A stretch of 63,997 nucleotides of DNA, counting the filler, from Sandaracinaceae bacterium (GTDB lineage Bacteria > Myxococcota_A > Polyangia > Polyangiales > JADJQN01): the NCBI GenBank assembly GCA_947483975.1. It is 11 parts of 11 records of this genome, joined end to end, with 100 filler letters (N's around TTAATTAATTAA, not from the genome) between each part and the next. Parts side by side here need not be neighbours in the genome. Positions count along the whole stretch, not along the records: positions 18,027 to 23,929 come from CANKOL010000329.1; positions 24,030 to 29,912 come from CANKOL010000330.1; positions 30,013 to 35,831 come from CANKOL010000331.1; 8 more parts are not named here. One strand, given 5' to 3'. The notes under the pieces were generated by a model, which saw only the letters and a list, made by a program, of their open reading frames with translations, ran no database searches and was not told where the DNA came from. Each line of letters begins with the position of its first letter. Position 1 is the stretch's first letter. The position numbers and the translations under genes were made by a program. Below are positions 22,837-31,484 of the stretch, piece by piece.

Positions 22837-23730
22837 ATGCAGCGTCCCCAGGCCTCTTTTCTCCTCTCCGCCCCCGATCAGCCGGGGCTCGTCGCCCGCT
22901 TCGCGGGCTTCTTCTTCGACCTCGGCGTCAACATCGTCGACTCCTCAAACCACGCCTCCAAGGTCGAGAGCGACGCGAAGCGCTTCTACATGCGCATCGT
23001 CATCGACCTCGAAGGGCTCGCCAAGCCGCGCGCCCTCGCGGTGCTCGGCGAGTCGACCTCGCGGCGCACGCTCGAGCAGGCGTTCGGCAAGCTCGCGACG
23101 GAGCTCGGCGCGACGTGGAGCGTCGGCTACTCGGACGTGCAGGAGAAGATCGCGCTCCTCGTCACCAAGGAGAGCTCCTGCCTCTACGACCTCGTGCTGC
23201 GACAAAAGCAGGGCGAGCTGCCCTGCGAGATCGCGCTCGTCGTCTCGAACCACCCGACGCTCGAGCCCGTCGCCGAGGGCTTCCGCCTGCCGTTCTACAC
23301 GCTGCCCGTCAACGCCGAGACCAAGCGCGCGCAAGAGACGCAGCTGCTCGCGCTGCTCAAGAAGCACCACGTCACGCTCGTCGTGCTCGCGCGCTACATG
23401 CAGGTCCTCTCGGACACCTTCCTCGCCGAGGCGCCGCCCGTCATCAACATCCACCACGGTTTTTTGCCCGCGTTTCAAGGCGCCAAGCCGTATCACCAGG
23501 CGTTCGAGCGCGGCGTGAAGCTGATCGGCGCGACGGCGCACTACGCGACCAAGGACCTCGACGAGGGCCCGATCCTCGAGCAGGACGTCGCCCGCGTGCA
23601 TCACGGCATGGGCCCCGAAGAGCTCGTGCGCGTCGGGCGCGACGTCGAGCGCGTCGTGCTCGCGCGGGCTGTGCGCGCACACCTCGAGCGGCGCGTGATC
23701 GTCGAGGGGCGCCGCACGATCGTCCTGTGA
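22837..23730 (+). CDS. purU: Formyltetrahydrofolate deformylase
   Basis: N-terminal ACT domain (PDQPGLVA), VLARYMQVLS, INIHHGFLPAFQGAKPYHQAFERGVKLIGATAHY..LDEGPI. Confidence 0.95.
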   Translation: MQRPQASFLLSAPDQPGLVARFAGFFFDLGVNIVDSSNHASKVESDAKRFYMRIVIDLEGLAKPRALAVLGESTSRRTLEQAFGKLATELGATWSVGYSDVQEKIALLVTKESSCLYDLVLRQKQGELPCEIALVVSNHPTLEPVAEGFRLPFYTLPVNAETKRAQETQLLALLKKHHVTLVVLARYMQVLSDTFLAEAPPVINIHHGFLPAFQGAKPYHQAFERGVKLIGATAHYATKDLDEGPILEQDVARVHHGMGPEELVRVGRDVERVVLARAVRAHLERRVIVEGRRTIVL

Positions 23731-23769
23731 AATAGAGCGAAAGACGGCGCGCGCGGCGCGGGACGAGCG

Positions 23770-23928
23770 CTACTCGGCGTCCGCGCAGGCGAGCACTTTG
23801 TGGGTCAGCGTCGAGGTGCCGAGCGTGTCGAGCGCGTCGCGCCGGACGCTGCGGGTGCGCTCGGACGCGCGCTTCACGCGGGCTCTGCTCGCGCGCCAGA
23901 CCTCGACGTGCAGGCGGCGGTGCGTGAG
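23770..23928 (-). CDS. mutY: Probable C-terminus of A/G-specific adenine glycosylase (truncated)
   Basis: Manual translation LTHRRLHVEVWRA...ALDTLGTSTLTHKVLACADAE-stop resembles the end of the MutY NUDIX-like domain; only 52 residues are visible. Confidence 0.55.
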   Translation of the reverse strand, partial: LTHRRLHVEVWRASRARVKRASERTRSVRRDALDTLGTSTLTHKVLACADAE

Positions 23929-24158
23929 CNNNNNNNNNNNNNNNNNNNNNNNNNNNNNNNNNNNNNNNNNNNNTTAATTAATTAANNNNNNNNNNNNNNN
24001 NNNNNNNNNNNNNNNNNNNNNNNNNNNNNCCCAAAGAAGCGACCTCGGCGCTCTTCGCCGCCTCCAGATCGCTCAGGGGCTCGATGCCACGTCGCCGCGC
24101 ACGAGCCGCGGTAGCGCCGCACCGTGGGCCGCAGGGGCTTTGCCCGACGGTCACCTAG

Positions 24159-24365
24159 GCGCGATTCTGGAAACGCGGAACGCCGCCAAGAGCGCTCTGA
24201 GCGCGATTCCGGAAACGCGGAACGCCGCCAAGAGCGCTCTGAGCGCGATTCCGGAAACGCGGAACGCCGCCAAGACCGCTCTGAGCGCGATTCTGGAAAC
24301 GCGGAACGCCGCCAAGAGCGCTCTGAGCGCGATTCCGGAAACGCGGAACGCCGCCAAGAGCGCTC
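24159..24365. repeat. Near-perfect 42-bp tandem repeat, ~5 copies
   Basis: Unit GCGCGATT(C/T variant)CCGGAAACGCGGAACGCCGCCAAGAGCGCTCTGA starts at 24159, 24201, 24243, 24285 and 24327; no unique spacers. Confidence 0.95.
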
Positions 24366-24452
24366 GCGGTGACGTTCTGACGCGCGACGGCCGGGCTCGT
24401 GGCGGTGCGCGGCGCAGCGTGGTTCACTGGAGCCTTCGCCGGGAGGGCTGCC

Positions 24453-25448
24453 GTGACGCGTCGCGCGAGCCTCGTGCTGTTGGGTGTGCTGTGCGGGGCC
24501 TTCGCGCAGCCCGCGGCGGCGCAGGAGTACCAGCTGAACCAGTGGCATTTGTCGCTGGCGGGTGGTCAGCGGGCGACGGTCACGCGGGAGATGGGCGGTT
24601 CGCAGTGGGTCGCCTCTTGGGGTCTCCCCGCATCTGCCGCAGGCGGGGCGATCACCGTGAAAGCTTCGTCTAGGTTGGATCACCGCGTGGCGACCGAGGG
24701 GCAGGCGTTTCTGACGGCCTACCACCAAGAGCCCGGCGAGTGCCGTGCACTCGCCCCCCCACCAGGACTCCGCGGGCGCCGTGTCGTCCTCGCGCTCTGC
24801 CCGTTCCATCCCGCCAATTCGTACTGCGCTGAGGCTCGGCCCTACGCCTCCACCGAGGCCTCCAGTGCGGTGATGTCGGTCGCTGTCATGCGAGTTGAGT
24901 CGCATCGCCGGCGTCGCCCTGCAATGGGGGGCGTGAACGGTTACCGGGCCCCGGCCGACGAGCACGTCACCCGGGCGGCGCGTGCGTCCACAGAGGAGAG
25001 GGAGTGCGCGCCGGGTGAGGCGATGCGCGTCGCCCCTTCAGTCCTCTCCCCGCGAGCGGGGAGAGGAGGCCAGAGCGTTCGCCGCCGCTCGACGGTGCGC
25101 GCTGACCCATCACCCCGCGTCGAGCCAATCTTCGACGACGAGGCCTTCGATGGAGCCGTCTTTCAGCGCACCGTCGTGCGTCACCAAGACAGCGTCGTAG
25201 TGGAGCGCCGTACACGCGATGACCAGATCGAAGTCGCTCTTGCGCACCCCCCGCGACTCCACCGAGGCGCGAACGACGCCGTACGTCTCTGCGATCGCTT
25301 GATCGACGGGCAGGACGACGGCCGCTCCCGCGAGAGATCGGATCCGCTCGAGGTTCTCGACGCTGCGCGCCGACCGTCGCGCTCCGTGGAAGAGCTCCGC
25401 GAAGACCACCACGGGCACCCCGAGGTCGCTCGCCGCCAGCGTCGCTAG
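24453..25448 (+). CDS. Putative secreted protein with an uncertain 3' end (possibly degenerate)
   Basis: GGGAGG at 24441-24446, GTG 24453, signal peptide ending AAA-Q; the frame then runs through a REP-like hairpin and antisense to vapC, so the distal part is unlikely to be genuine. Confidence 0.4.
   Translation: MTRRASLVLLGVLCGAFAQPAAAQEYQLNQWHLSLAGGQRATVTREMGGSQWVASWGLPASAAGGAITVKASSRLDHRVATEGQAFLTAYHQEPGECRALAPPPGLRGRRVVLALCPFHPANSYCAEARPYASTEASSAVMSVAVMRVESHRRRRPAMGGVNGYRAPADEHVTRAARASTEERECAPGEAMRVAPSVLSPRAGRGGQSVRRRSTVRADPSPRVEPIFDDEAFDGAVFQRTVVRHQDSVVVERRTRDDQIEVALAHPPRLHRGANDAVRLCDRLIDGQDDGRSRERSDPLEVLDAARRPSRSVEELREDHHGHPEVARRQRR
25042..25067. repeat. REP-like perfect hairpin downstream of vapC
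   Basis: TCCTCTCCCCGC-GA-GCGGGGAGAGGA, 12-bp perfect inverted repeat. Confidence 0.7.
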
Positions 25449-25517
25449 GCGCGCACGCACGGCTGGCGTCCCGTTCAACGCCGCGATGACCGTGTTCGTG
25501 TCGAGGACGTACTTCAC
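25110..25517 (-). CDS. vapC: PIN-domain toxin (VapC family)
   Basis: YVLDTN, VFAELFHGA, SDFDLVIACTAL, VLVTHD, GLVVEDW: conserved PIN acidic residues. Confidence 0.92.
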   Translation of the reverse strand: MKYVLDTNTVIAALNGTPAVRARLATLAASDLGVPVVVFAELFHGARRSARSVENLERIRSLAGAAVVLPVDQAIAETYGVVRASVESRGVRKSDFDLVIACTALHYDAVLVTHDGALKDGSIEGLVVEDWLDAG

Positions 25518-25765
25518 AGCGCGACAGGCGGCCTTCGCGGGCGCTCGTGCCGACCGGTTGTGAGCTCAGCCGCGATCTCGTCGGCGTCGTCGCCAACCCA
25601 CGCGCCGACCTCGTCGAACAGCTCGAGCGCCGAGCGCTCGGCTGTGCCTTCGTCGATGGCGCGAAGCTCCACGAAGAGACCCGCGACGCGCGTGCGGACC
25701 GGCGTCGTGCGGTCCTTTCGCAGCGCGTCGAGCGCGTCCGCCATCGTCTTCGCCTCGCTCGCCAT
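25514..25765 (-). CDS. Putative antitoxin upstream of vapC
   Basis: 83-aa ORF overlapping the vapC start by GTGA, with an acidic C-terminal half (FDEVGAWVGDDADEIAAEL). Confidence 0.7.
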   Translation of the reverse strand: MASEAKTMADALDALRKDRTTPVRTRVAGLFVELRAIDEGTAERSALELFDEVGAWVGDDADEIAAELTTGRHERPRRPPVAL

Positions 25766-25873
25766 AGGACTCAGTATGTGGAGCACCCACGACGGCGCAA
25801 GAAAGGATCCGCGACGGCGACGCGCCGCTGCACCTGCACGGCCCCCCTTCCTGAGTCATACACACGCCCCGCC

Positions 25874-27484
25874 ATGTCCACCGAGTCTCAGCGGCGACGT
25901 ACGTTCGCCATCATCTCGCACCCCGACGCGGGCAAGACGACGCTCACGGAGAAGCTGCTCCTCTACGGAGGCGCCATCCACACCGCCGGCGCGGTCAAGG
26001 CGCGGCGCGCGCAGAAGTCTGCGACGAGCGACTGGATGGAGCTCGAGAAGAAGCGCGGCATCTCGATCACCTCGAGCGTGCTGCACTTCACCTACGGCGG
26101 CATCGAGTACAACCTCCTCGACACGCCGGGTCACCAAGACTTCAGCGAGGACACCTACCGCACGCTGATCGCGGCCGACTGCGCGATCATGCTGATCGAC
26201 GCGGCGAAGGGCATCGAGACGCAGACGCGGAAGCTCTTCGACGTGTGCCGGCAGCGCGGCACGCCCATCGTCACCTTCGTCAACAAGCTCGACCGGCCGT
26301 CGCGCGATCCGTTCGAGCTGATGGCGGAGCTCGAGGATGTGCTCAAGCTGCACACCGTCCCGCGCACCTGGCCGATTGGGTCCGGCGACCGCTTCAAGGG
26401 CGTCTACGACCGCGTCAAGCGCGAGGTCATGCTCTTCGACCCGGCGATCAAGGGCGGGCGCGCGCCGGTCAAGGCCGTGCGCGGCTTCGACGATCCCGAG
26501 ATCGATCGCATCGCCGGCGAGGAGCTCGCGAACGAGATGCGCGAGGGCGTCGAGCTGCTCGAGGGCGCGGGCGAGGAGTACGACCGCGAGCGGTTCCTGC
26601 GCGGCGAGCAGACGCCGGTCTTCTTCGGCAGCGCGCTGACGAACTTCGGCGTCGAGCCGTTCCTCGAGGCCTTCGTCGACATCTGCCCGCCGCCCGGCCC
26701 GCGCGAGACGAGCATCGGCACCGTGCAGCCGGACGACCCGCGCTTCACCGCGTTCATCTTCAAGGTGCAGGCGAACATGGACCCGTCGCACCGCGACCGG
26801 ATCGCGTTCCTGCGCATCTGCTCGGGCAAGTTCGAGGGCGGCATGCGCGTCTGGCATTACCGCCTCGGCAAGGAGGTGCGCCTCGCGCGCGCCGAGCAGT
26901 TCTTCGCGCAGGACCGCGAGGGGATCATGGAGGCGTACGCGGGCGACGTCGTCGGGCTCTTCGACCCGGGCATCTTCCGCATCGGCGACACGCTCTCGAC
27001 GGGCGGCCCGTGCTCGTTCGACTCGGTGCCGCGCTTCTCGCCCGAGCACTTCGCGCGCCTCTGCCTCCTCGATCCGATGAAGCGCAAGCAGTTCCTCAAG
27101 GGCGTCTCCGAGCTCTCGGAGGAGGGCACGGTGCAGGTCTTCACGCAGAAGGGTCGCGAGAAGGACCCGATCATCGGCGTCGTCGGCAAGCTGCAATTCG
27201 AGGTGCTGCAGTACCGCCTCGAGCACGAGTACGGCGCGAAGATCTCGCTCGAGCCGCTCGGCGTCTCCCTCGCGCGCTGGGTCGCGCGGAGCGACGGCGG
27301 ACCGACGCCGAGCAGCAACGAGCTAGAAGACGCGCGCGTCTCGATCGGCGTGCTCGACGTCGACGGGCGCGCCGTCGCGCTCTTGCGTGATGAGTACGAG
27401 CTGCGCCGCATCGTGCGCGACAACGCCTCGTGGACCTTCGAGTCGACCGCGCCGATGCTGGCGGGCGACTACGTGAAGGCGTAG
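25874..27484 (+). CDS. prfC: Peptide chain release factor 3
   Basis: RRRTFAIISHPDAGKTTLTEKLLL, SDWMELEKKRGISITSS, DTPGHQDFSEDTYR, FKVQANMDPSHRDRIAF; start ATG 25874. Confidence 0.97.
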   Translation: MSTESQRRRTFAIISHPDAGKTTLTEKLLLYGGAIHTAGAVKARRAQKSATSDWMELEKKRGISITSSVLHFTYGGIEYNLLDTPGHQDFSEDTYRTLIAADCAIMLIDAAKGIETQTRKLFDVCRQRGTPIVTFVNKLDRPSRDPFELMAELEDVLKLHTVPRTWPIGSGDRFKGVYDRVKREVMLFDPAIKGGRAPVKAVRGFDDPEIDRIAGEELANEMREGVELLEGAGEEYDRERFLRGEQTPVFFGSALTNFGVEPFLEAFVDICPPPGPRETSIGTVQPDDPRFTAFIFKVQANMDPSHRDRIAFLRICSGKFEGGMRVWHYRLGKEVRLARAEQFFAQDREGIMEAYAGDVVGLFDPGIFRIGDTLSTGGPCSFDSVPRFSPEHFARLCLLDPMKRKQFLKGVSELSEEGTVQVFTQKGREKDPIIGVVGKLQFEVLQYRLEHEYGAKISLEPLGVSLARWVARSDGGPTPSSNELEDARVSIGVLDVDGRAVALLRDEYELRRIVRDNASWTFESTAPMLAGDYVKA

Positions 27485-27552
27485 GGGCGGGTTTCAAACC
27501 CGCCCCCCACTTGTCGTCGCGAGGTCAGGGCAGGTCTGAGACCTGCCCCTAC
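27481..27552. repeat. Inverted GTAG-type REP doublet (REPIN/BIME-like)
   Basis: GTAGGGGCGGGTTTCAAACCCGCCCC on + and GTAGGGGCAGGTCTCAGACCTGCCCT on -, each a GTAG followed by a hairpin. Confidence 0.8.
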
Positions 27553-28616
27553 CCGCCGCGGTGCTTCTCCCACTCCTCGACGAACTCCCAGTCGGCGACG
27601 AGGTGCTTCTTCAAGAGCACGCTGAGGAGCGCGGCGAACATCGACTCCCAGGTCGCGTTGCCGAGCACGTCGCTCACGTCCGCGCCGCCTGACTTCGCGC
27701 GCAGCGCGGCGACGAGGTCCACCGCCGTCAGCGCGTGCGCCTCGCCGTCGTGCGCCGCTTCGACCGCCGACTCGACGACGCGCCGCTGCCCGGGCGCCGG
27801 CAGGGACACCGAGGTGCCGTCGAGGAGCGTGATGGAGATCATGCGCGGCCCCTTCGGTCCGCGCGGCTTCGCGTGCATGGGCGCAGGCGCGGGTGCCGAC
27901 TCGCGCTCGGGTGCCGGCGAGGAGGCCGGCGCGGGCGCGGGAGCGGAATCACGCGCAGGAGCGGGCTCGAGACCGGGCGACGACTCGCGCGCAGGCGCGG
28001 GCGGGAGGCCGGGCGACGACTCGCGCGCAGGCGCAGGCGGGAGACCTGGCGACGACTCGCGCGCAGGCGCGGGCGATGCGGGTTGCGGAGCCGCCGCAGC
28101 GGGGACCGGCGCGGGGGCGGGGATCTTCGGCGCGACGTAGCCGGCCATCGGAGGCGGGGCGATCGACTTGCCGCCGCCGTAGTACACGCGGATCGCGTTG
28201 CGGATGTCGCTCGGCGCCGCGACCATCGGCTTGACCGGCAGCGCGGAGACCATCGCGACGGCGTTGATCGCCTCCTCGTTGGTCGGGTCGTCCATCGCGA
28301 TGAAGAGCGTGTCGCCCGAGCGCCGCACGGCGCGCACGTATACGGGCACGAGGCACCAGCGCTCGGCGAGGTCGCGCGGCACGTAGTTGAGCAGCGCCCG
28401 CGTGAAGTCGACGTGATAGAGCGAGACCCACGGCACGCTCAGCTGGTTCGAGAGCGTCTGCGTCAGCTGGTTCTCGGTGACGAAGCCCTGGCTGACGAGG
28501 ATCTCGCCGAGGCGCTTGCCGAGCTGCTTCTGGAGCGCGAGCGCTTGCTCGAGCTTCTCCGCGGTCAGCATGCCGGACTGAACGAGCATGTCGCCGATGC
28601 GGATTCGCGGTGTCAT
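27549..28616 (-). CDS. MshEN/GspE N-terminal domain protein without ATPase, Pro-rich linker
   Basis: Tandem RIGDMLVQSGML..KLEQAL..Q / RLGEILVSQGFV motifs, FIAMDDP; three APARESSPGL repeats; conserved-looking C-terminus LLSVLLKKHLVADWEFVEE; start ATG 28616. Confidence 0.85.
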   Translation of the reverse strand: MTPRIRIGDMLVQSGMLTAEKLEQALALQKQLGKRLGEILVSQGFVTENQLTQTLSNQLSVPWVSLYHVDFTRALLNYVPRDLAERWCLVPVYVRAVRRSGDTLFIAMDDPTNEEAINAVAMVSALPVKPMVAAPSDIRNAIRVYYGGGKSIAPPPMAGYVAPKIPAPAPVPAAAAPQPASPAPARESSPGLPPAPARESSPGLPPAPARESSPGLEPAPARDSAPAPAPASSPAPERESAPAPAPMHAKPRGPKGPRMISITLLDGTSVSLPAPGQRRVVESAVEAAHDGEAHALTAVDLVAALRAKSGGADVSDVLGNATWESMFAALLSVLLKKHLVADWEFVEEWEKHRGG

Positions 28617-28846
28617 GGGGTCCCTCTGCGGATGTCGTCGTCCGAGCCGCGATGTTCGCTCATCTCGAGCGCGGCGTCTCCCTCGCCCTCGCCTGCGCGC
28701 GCGGCGCGTCGGGCCAAGCGCGCCGCTGCCGCCGCCGCCTCGCGGCGCCTGCCGACGACGTAGAGCAGCCAAGCGCACCCGGCCGCGACGAGCGCGAACG
28801 CGCAGCACCCGCTGTAGAGCAGAAAATAGAGGCTGCCTGCGCCCAC
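28613..28846 (-). CDS. Small single-TM hypothetical protein
   Basis: Hydrophobic SLYFLLYSGCCAFALVAAGCAWLLYVVG followed by RRR; stop overlaps the MshEN gene start (ATGA); start uncertain. Confidence 0.45.
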   Translation of the reverse strand: MGAGSLYFLLYSGCCAFALVAAGCAWLLYVVGRRREAAAAAARLARRAARAGEGEGDAALEMSEHRGSDDDIRRGTP

Positions 28847-28914
28847 GCGCCGCGTGTAGCACGCGCTCACTGCGCAGGGCACGCGAGCCACGCGCGGCGC
28901 CGCGACCGCAGCGG

Positions 28915-29409
28915 CTACTTCGGCGCCTTGAGCTGCAGCTCGACGGAAGCGAGCTTCGCGGTCAGCAGCACGTTCTCTGGCTCGTGGCGCAGCGCGATCT
29001 GCAGGTTGAGCCGCGCGGTCTTCAGGTCCCCCGCCCGCAGCGCCTGGTCTGCCTTCGTCGCGAACGGGCGCGCGAGCGGCCCGACCGTCAGCGTGCCCGT
29101 GGTCGTGCTCACCGAGCGCTGCTGCTTGGCGGCGTGCTCGGCGTCGAAGCGCACCTTGCCCGCCGCGAGCTGCGCGTCGTAGTGCCGGCGCTGCGTCGGA
29201 TCGAGCAGCACCCGATAGCCCTCGGCGCCGCGGCGATAGATCACCGCCGCGCGCTCGCGCTTCTCGGGCGACGCCGCCGCGTGCCGGTCGGGATGGAACT
29301 TCAGCGCGAAGACGTGGAACGCGCGGCGCACCTCGTCGGCGCTCGCCCCATCGGCGACCACGAGCAGCGTGTAGTAGTCGAGCTCGTCGAGGGGGTCGCT
29401 CTCGCTCAT
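28915..29409 (-). CDS. J-domain (DnaJ-like) protein with C-terminal TPR-like helix pair
   Basis: DYYTLL, VRRAF, KFHPD (HPD motif), EGYRVLLDP; C-terminus ARLNLQIALRHEPEN; start ATG 29409. Confidence 0.88.
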   Translation of the reverse strand: MSESDPLDELDYYTLLVVADGASADEVRRAFHVFALKFHPDRHAAASPEKRERAAVIYRRGAEGYRVLLDPTQRRHYDAQLAAGKVRFDAEHAAKQQRSVSTTTGTLTVGPLARPFATKADQALRAGDLKTARLNLQIALRHEPENVLLTAKLASVELQLKAPK

Positions 29410-29410
29410 C

Positions 29411-29912
29411 TCAGCGCCCGAGCTTCTTCGCCTGCCGCGCCTCAGCCTCTGCGATCGCCTGCTCGCCGAGCCCGCCGACGAGGTTGATGCGCACGACCTC
29501 TTCGCGCCCGGTCTCAAGGTCGCGCGCGCGCACGCCGAGCGTGCCGTCGGCGTCGAGCGCGAACGTCACGGCGATGCTGAGCGTGCCGCGCTCCGCGGCG
29601 CGCAGCCCGGTGAGCTCGATCGCGCCGAGCTCTTGGTTCTCGCTGAGCTTGCGCGACTCGCCCTGACAGATGCGGACGCGCACGTCGGTCTGACCGTCCT
29701 GCCCGGTCGAGAACACGCGCGTCTGCTCGACCGGGATCGCGGCGTTGCGCTTGATGACGTGCTCGCAGTAGCCGCCGACCGTCTCGACCCCGAGCGAGAT
29801 GGGCGTGACGTCGAGCAGGAGCGGCGGCGGACGCGCGGGGAGCGGCGCTGCCGCGGGGGCGGGCGCTGCCATGCGCGCCTGGACTGGCGCGGGCTGCGGG
29901 CCGAGGGTCGGC
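29411..29912 (-). CDS. C-terminal part of an atypical Hsp70/DnaK paralogue (5'-truncated)
   Basis: LLLDVTPISLGVETVGG, VIKRNAAIP, FSTGQDGQTDV, QGES, VTFALDADGTLGVRARDLETG; ends ~30 aa later. Confidence 0.85.
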
Positions 29913-30012
29913 NNNNNNNNNNNNNNNNNNNNNNNNNNNNNNNNNNNNNNNNNNNNTTAATTAATTAANNNNNNNNNNNNNNNNNNNNNNNNNNNNNNNN
30001 NNNNNNNNNNNN

Positions 30013-30186
30013 CAGCGGCACCAGCAGCGCCGCGCAGAGCCCGGCGACGACCAGCACGGAGGCGAGCACGGCGGCGCGCTCCGAGCGGCCGACCGCGATG
30101 CGCGGCGCGAGGCGCGCGACGCGGCGCAGCAGGGCTCCGCGGGCGGAGTCGAGCGGGGCGACGAGCAGCTCAGCGAGGTCGGTCAT
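30013..30186 (-). CDS. 5' end of a hypothetical membrane protein (truncated)
   Basis: ATG 30186 and a hydrophobic segment running into the linker. Confidence 0.4.
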
Positions 30187-30357
30187 CCAGCGGCGAACGG
30201 ACGCGGCACGTAGGGTCTCCCGCCGTTCGAAGGCACTGGGATCGGGCCAGGCGCCGGAGCGTTACGCTTGTCGGCTCGCGCTGGGCGCCAGGCGTTGCGC
30301 GTACCGAGCCGCGCGCTTCCGTGACCGCGGCGATCCCGTCGACTACGCTCGGCCGCT

Positions 30358-31482
30358 GTGCAGACCCTCCCCGAGCTCGACCTCGCTGCGTGTGCTGGCC
30401 AAGTGCTCGTCGTCGGCTTCCCGAGTGAAGGGCCACCCGCGGAGCTGCGCGCGCTCGCGAGAGACGGCGCGCTCGGCGGCTACATCCTCTTCAAGCGCAA
30501 CGTCGGCACGATGAGCGAGGTCGCCGCGCTCTGCGCGGAGCTCGTCGCGGAGGCGCCCGCGCACCTGCCCTTGCTCATCGCCGTCGACCAAGAGGGCGGT
30601 CGCGTCGCGCGCCTGAAGGCGCCGGTGTTGCCCTTGCCGCCGATGTCCGAGCTCGCCGCCCTCGGGGACGCCGCGCTCGTGCGCCGGGCAGCCGCGGCGC
30701 TCGGTCGGCAGCTCCGCGCGCTCGGCTTCACGATGGACTTCGCGCCCGTCCTCGACATCGACACCAACCCCGCGAATCCCGTCATCGGCGACCGCGCCTT
30801 CGGGCGCGACGCGGCGAGCGTGATCGAGCACGCGCTCGCGTTCTCGGACGGGCTCCTCGACGCGCAGGTGCTCTCGTGCGGCAAGCACTTCCCTGGGCAC
30901 GGCGACACCTTCCTCGACTCGCACCTCGCGCTCCCGCGGCTCTCGCACGACCGCGCGCGCCTCGACCGGATGGAGCTCGCGCCGTTCCGCGCGGCGACGG
31001 GGCGCGTGCCCTCGCTGATGACCGCGCACGTCGTCTTCGAGGCGCTCGACGCGGGCGTGCCGGCGACGCTCTCGCACCGCGTGATCACGGGGCTCCTGCG
31101 CGGGGAGCTCGGCTACGACGGCGTCGTGATCAGCGACGACCTCGAGATGAAGGCGGTCGCCGATCATTACGAGACGGGCGACGCGGCGTGTCGCGCCATC
31201 GCCGCAGGCTGCGACACCGTGCTCGTCTGCTCGAAGCCCGAGCTCACGCTGATCGCGCGCGAGGCGCTGCTGCGTCGCGCGGAGCAAGACTCGACCTTCG
31301 CCGCGCGCCTTCGCGACGCCGCCGCGCGCTCGCTCGCGATGCGCCGCCGCGTTCCGCCGCCTGCGCCCCTCACCGACGCCGCGCAGCTCCGCGCGGTGCT
31401 CGAGGAGCCCGCGACGGCGCGCCTCGCCGAGGAGCTCGCGTCGCGCGTCGCCGCGCATCGGTCGGCCCTGCCGCACGGCTGA
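30358..31482 (+). CDS. nagZ: Beta-N-acetylhexosaminidase (GH3)
   Basis: ILFKRN, AVDQEGGRVARL, DFAPVLD, KHFPGHGDTFLDSH, LMTAHV, ISDDLEM. Confidence 0.93.
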   Translation: MQTLPELDLAACAGQVLVVGFPSEGPPAELRALARDGALGGYILFKRNVGTMSEVAALCAELVAEAPAHLPLLIAVDQEGGRVARLKAPVLPLPPMSELAALGDAALVRRAAAALGRQLRALGFTMDFAPVLDIDTNPANPVIGDRAFGRDAASVIEHALAFSDGLLDAQVLSCGKHFPGHGDTFLDSHLALPRLSHDRARLDRMELAPFRAATGRVPSLMTAHVVFEALDAGVPATLSHRVITGLLRGELGYDGVVISDDLEMKAVADHYETGDAACRAIAAGCDTVLVCSKPELTLIAREALLRRAEQDSTFAARLRDAAARSLAMRRRVPPPAPLTDAAQLRAVLEEPATARLAEELASRVAAHRSALPHG

Positions 31483-31484
31483 CG

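Noticed and set aside
24124..24673. ORFs translating the 42-bp repeat (24124-24372, 24140-24673, 24151-24357, 24155-24427, 23982-24965)
   Set aside because: The repeat is open in several frames on both strands and none shows RBS or codon support.
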